Under the pieces are notes generated by a model. The model saw nothing but the letters and a program-made list of their open reading frames with translations, was not told the DNA's origin and did not search any database. A stretch of DNA of 64,000 bases from Octopus sinensis (Eukaryota), in assembly GCF_006345805.1 (NCBI RefSeq), contig NC_043002.1, forward strand, positions 74,090,001-74,154,000, read 5' to 3'. Positions 61,701-64,000 of this stretch are shown here, one piece after another. Made by a program: the position numbers and the translations under genes. The first letter of the stretch is position 1. Each line of letters opens with the position of its first letter.

Positions 61701-62299
61701 GATTTATGATATGGTGCATGGTTCCTGTGAGTAAATTAAGATTAACATCTAGAAAATTTACTGAGCTGTGATAATTTCCAACTGAAATCTTAAGACCAAA
61801 CCTATTGAAGCCTCTATGAAATATTTTCTTATAATTTTCTAATATTCTATTATTAGTAGTTTTAGTAATAAATAATGTATCGTCCTGATATAGGCTGCTA
61901 CCTATTTCTGGGAAGTCACTATTAAACTTATGCAGTATATATATTCCTACAATATAGGTGACTTGCACCGAATCAATCAAGCCCATAGCTATGTCAAAGT
62001 AATCAGGTGTGTCCTTCCTAGTCCAGTATTTATTGTTAAATTTCATTAATGATTTACATGCTGTAAGTATAATATTAATTTCCTGGTAAGACAAGTTAGT
62101 ATGATGCTTAGTAAAGATGAGGCACTATTTGGTACTATGGGGTTTATTGAGGAGTAGTAATCATTTATATCGACATCTATAAATATGTCTATCCTTATTA
62201 TCAATTCTATTGAACTACTTGATTACTTCACAATATCTTACCCTAATTACATAATGTCCCTCATCAAATAATTTCCAAATTGCAATCTGTCCCTCTTGA
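45780..62299 (-). CDS. TIR-domain + RHIM-motif protein with C-terminal pentapeptide repeat (TRIF/TICAM-like architecture), 5'-partial; join complement(62299..62242,61291..61251,60933..60881,58769..58270,51597..51570,46012..45780)
   Basis: Six GT-AG-bounded exons with intron phases 0,2,1,0,1 give one open frame: 913 nt = 1 nt + 304 codons including stop. The large exon encodes a TIR-like pattern (CVFYHDDDE...LSDITQNCTYIILLITENM...ARKIQAYFK), then IIYIANAIMQAGNNNVVN. Confidence 0.75.
48065..48300 (+). pseudogene. RTE LINE ORF2 C-terminal fragment
   Basis: Homologous to 55440-55680 (RLHWYGH...DSCVKKC...RGRPRKTWDEVVKHDL). Confidence 0.8.
48790..49330 (+). pseudogene. RTE LINE ORF2 fragment (older subfamily)
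   Basis: LATRGLSFRVKGRLYDACV...QERRLRWFGHVMQMNENSCIKKC...GRGRPRKTWDEVVRTDL, with stops and frameshifts. Confidence 0.85.
49425..49810 (-). mobile_element. Well-preserved family B SINE
   Basis: cttttacttgtttcagtcatttgactgcggccatgctggagcaccgcc...ccttaccacacagccactcctgcgcct. Confidence 0.9.
50385..50675 (+). mobile_element. Family A RTE-tail repeat with internal duplication
   Basis: ggaagggcatccagctgtaaaa occurs twice; ends gcatgaaaggcggctattaaacgatggtgatgat. Confidence 0.8.
51570..51597 (-). CDS. 28-nt microexon (VYEATEKPR-D)
   Basis: Acceptor tttcatttttttcag; donor GAG|GTAAGT; phase 0 in and 1 out bridges the TIR exon and the terminal exon. Confidence 0.72.
51642..52137. mobile_element. Non-autonomous Tc1/mariner (pogo-like) element, ~500 bp
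   Basis: Right end tgcggattatactcgaaaatttacagta; degenerate left end agtatagtccgca; internal cttgtgtataatac repeats. Confidence 0.55.
53974..54786 (+). mobile_element. Internally deleted Tc1/mariner (DD37D/maT-like) transposon
   Basis: TA|CAGGGTGCAATGGATAA...TTATTCACTGCACCCT|; transposase remnants MQFTQPEIWKEHAV, HPVN.MEFGVIISDGEVMLPFIFP.GLKLNTEAYIKCLE and PNSPDCNHLDYYMWGAVE, with frameshifts. Confidence 0.88.
54815..56300 (+). mobile_element. 5'-truncated RTE-clade LINE: RT C-terminus, Cys/His module, 3' UTR and (GAT)n tail
   Basis: KGLRVNLAKTKVL...KLEVVDSFHYLGD...ARIRIAWAKFRELLPLL...LHGSETW...RGRPRKTW; stops at 54913 and 54979, frameshift near 55416; tail gcatggaaagtggacgttaaacaatgatgatg. 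Confidence 0.92.
57295..57660 (-). mobile_element. Family A RTE-tail repeat with degenerate ~21-bp tandem array
   Basis: (CAT)n-ttaacatctgttggcatgggttggac...; repeated atgg(g)t.c.tttt..atg units at 57465-57660. Confidence 0.75.
58270..58769 (-). CDS. TIR + RHIM exon (500 nt, phase 1 in, phase 0 out)
   Basis: Acceptor ttttgattttag|GG and donor AAT|GTAAGT lie inside the 228-aa ORF 58093..58779. The ORF tail after the donor (KNIIIFFFKLL...) is T-rich intron. Confidence 0.88.
58868..59060 (-). mobile_element. Family A RTE-tail repeat
   Basis: catcatcatcatttaacatc...tggctggatgtccttcctaacacaaaccactttacagtg. Confidence 0.8.
60881..60933 (-). CDS. 53-nt exon (R-IIMEGTSSNTVSNIRCS-G); contains a possible in-frame ATG at 60926
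   Basis: Long polypyrimidine acceptor ttcatttatctatttttgtatttttatag; donor CAG|GTATGT; phase-1 exit fits the TIR exon. Confidence 0.8.
61251..61291 (-). CDS. 41-nt exon (QQQTGKPTRRYCF-R)
   Basis: Acceptor tttatcctccttatag; donor CAG|GTAATT; open in the frame required by the downstream exons. Confidence 0.6.
61687..62094 (-). pseudogene. Penelope-like element reverse transcriptase fragment
   Basis: FDIAMG..DS..V..IVGIYILHK...SLYQDDTL (YxDD-derived)...GLKI...VNFLDVNLNL.TG, a PLE RT pattern. Confidence 0.82.
62242..62299 (-). CDS. 58-nt exon (QEGQIAIWKLFDEGHYVIR)
   Basis: Acceptor tatatttgtag; donor AGG|GTAAGA; the only open frame of three is the phase-compatible one. Confidence 0.55.
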
Positions 62300-63189
62300 C
62301 TACAAATATATATATATATATATATATACATGTTTCATACCATTTGCTAAAATAATTTTTTTCCAATCTGTATCTCTCTTATATCTTGTTGCAAAGGCTA
62401 TTCCCTACTATTTCTCTTACTAGCTTAGGGCAAAGTCTGCCATCTTCATCCATTTCCGGCTGTCACCTCCACACCTGTTCCCCCACCTCTCAGACTTTTA
62501 TTAGTTTATTCCATGTGTTTGGCCGTTTCATGACACTTGAAAATATGCACAGCCAAGCTAAGAATTTCTCTTGCTATTTTTAAATGCTTCATTCATTCAA
62601 ACTCGTCTATTCTCTAAAATAATTCGTTCTTGTTTGTTCTGCCCCTAAAATGACTAACCTTGTTTCTTGGCTACATGTATATACACATTTTGTACTTTTC
62701 TCTAAAATAATTCTTTTTTGTTTGCTCTACCCCTTAAAGTGACTTTTCCGTGTCTGTGGTCGCACCCACCCTTTCCCAGCCCCACCACCAATACCAGAAA
62801 TCTCTTTCTCTCACCGGACATCCAGTTGCCCTTTCTCTATCTCTTCTTATATTGGTAATCTTGCCACCCTTTCCTTTCTCACCCCATCCCACATCTCTGG
62901 ACTAACTAAACCAGATAGCAGCCCACTTACCACCTCTCTCTCTCTTTTCTTTTTTTTCTCCACTTATATCTGTAGCATCAGTAATGCTTACACCCACAGT
63001 GCTCATAATGCTTATATTAATGCTTATATTTACAATGCCCCAAACACTTTCATATACAATGCTTCCTTACTCCCACTCCTCAGTAGAGGCAACAACTTTA
63101 ACAATTCTAATGTATGAATGACGGTAGATTAAAAGCAAGAACAACTATTATGACGTCTGTTACCAAATGATCATGGGAACCTTCTTTAC

Positions 63190-64000
63190 AGGTGTTGAAT
63201 AGCATCTCTCCTTCCTGTGTTACCTCCTATATCTCTTTCCTAGTTTTCAGAGTTGGCACTGTAAATGTAGGCACATTGAAGGGTAGGTCTAACGAGAGTG
63301 TCAAGATGCTTGAATGGAGATGTATTGATGTATGTTGTGTACAAGAGGTAAGGTGGAGAGGAGCTTCAGCTAGAGTTCTCACAGGCAAAGCAATAGGTAT
63401 AAACTCTTCTGGGAAGGTAATAGTGATGAAATAAGGGGTGTGGGCATACTTCTTGCAGAGAAATGGGTAGATAAGGTCATAGAGGTAGTGAGGGTGTACA
63501 ATAGAGTGATTAAACTCAGGCTAGTCTTGCAGAATGGTATAGCTACAATTATCTCTGCCTACGTCCCACAAGGGGGCTTATCAAATGAACAGAAGGATCA
63601 CTTTTATGATATTCTTCTGCAGGCTACCCCAAAGATGAGTGACAATGATCTCATCTTTGTGGCTGGAGATTTTAATGGGCATGTCAGATAAAGTCATAGA
63701 GGTTGTCAGAGTATGCGATAGAATACTTAAGCTCATTTTTATGATACCCTTCTACAGGCTACTTCAAAGACAAGTGGCAATGACCTTATCTTTGTGGCTG
63801 GAGATTTTAATGGGTATGTTGGGTGGCAATCTGGTATCTTCACTAGCATACACGGGGGCCATGGTATTGGTTCCCGAAATGATGAGGGAACTAAGCTACT
63901 GGAGTTTTGTGATGCATGTTGTAACCTTTTAATCTGCAACACTAACTTCAGGAAGCCAGATAGCCACATGATAACCTATCAATCAGGTGACTCTGCTAGC
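63190..64000 (+). pseudogene. RTE LINE apurinic-endonuclease domain with internal duplication; runs off the window
   Basis: RVGTVNVGTL.GRS...DVCCVQEVRWRG...GILLAEKWVDKVIEVVRV...IISAYVPQ...FVAGDFNGHV; frameshifted. Confidence 0.9.

Overview
AT-rich, intron-rich animal genomic DNA. The repeat complement (RTE LINEs with (GAT)n tails, several tRNA-derived SINE families, a DD37D-type mariner, a Penelope-like RT) points to an octopod cephalopod; this is an inference. Two spliced genes were rebuilt by hand from splice sites and phase continuity. (1) A complete 5-exon REEP5/DP1/Yop1 gene on the + strand (16363-38489, 200 aa) with a CpG-rich promoter domain. (2) A convergent, 5'-incomplete gene on the - strand (exons 62299-62242, 61291-61251, 60933-60881, 58769-58270, 51597-51570, 46012-45780; at least 303 aa) encoding a divergent TIR domain, then a RHIM-like motif, then a C-terminal pentapeptide repeat. 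This is a TRIF/TICAM-like architecture and is the most interesting object in the window. The rest is mostly transposon debris, microsatellites and local duplications, plus a possible cluster of small minus-strand exons near 1.5-2.2 kb. Family assignments come from motif recognition by eye; no searches were run. Repeat boundaries are approximate unless terminal repeats are quoted.
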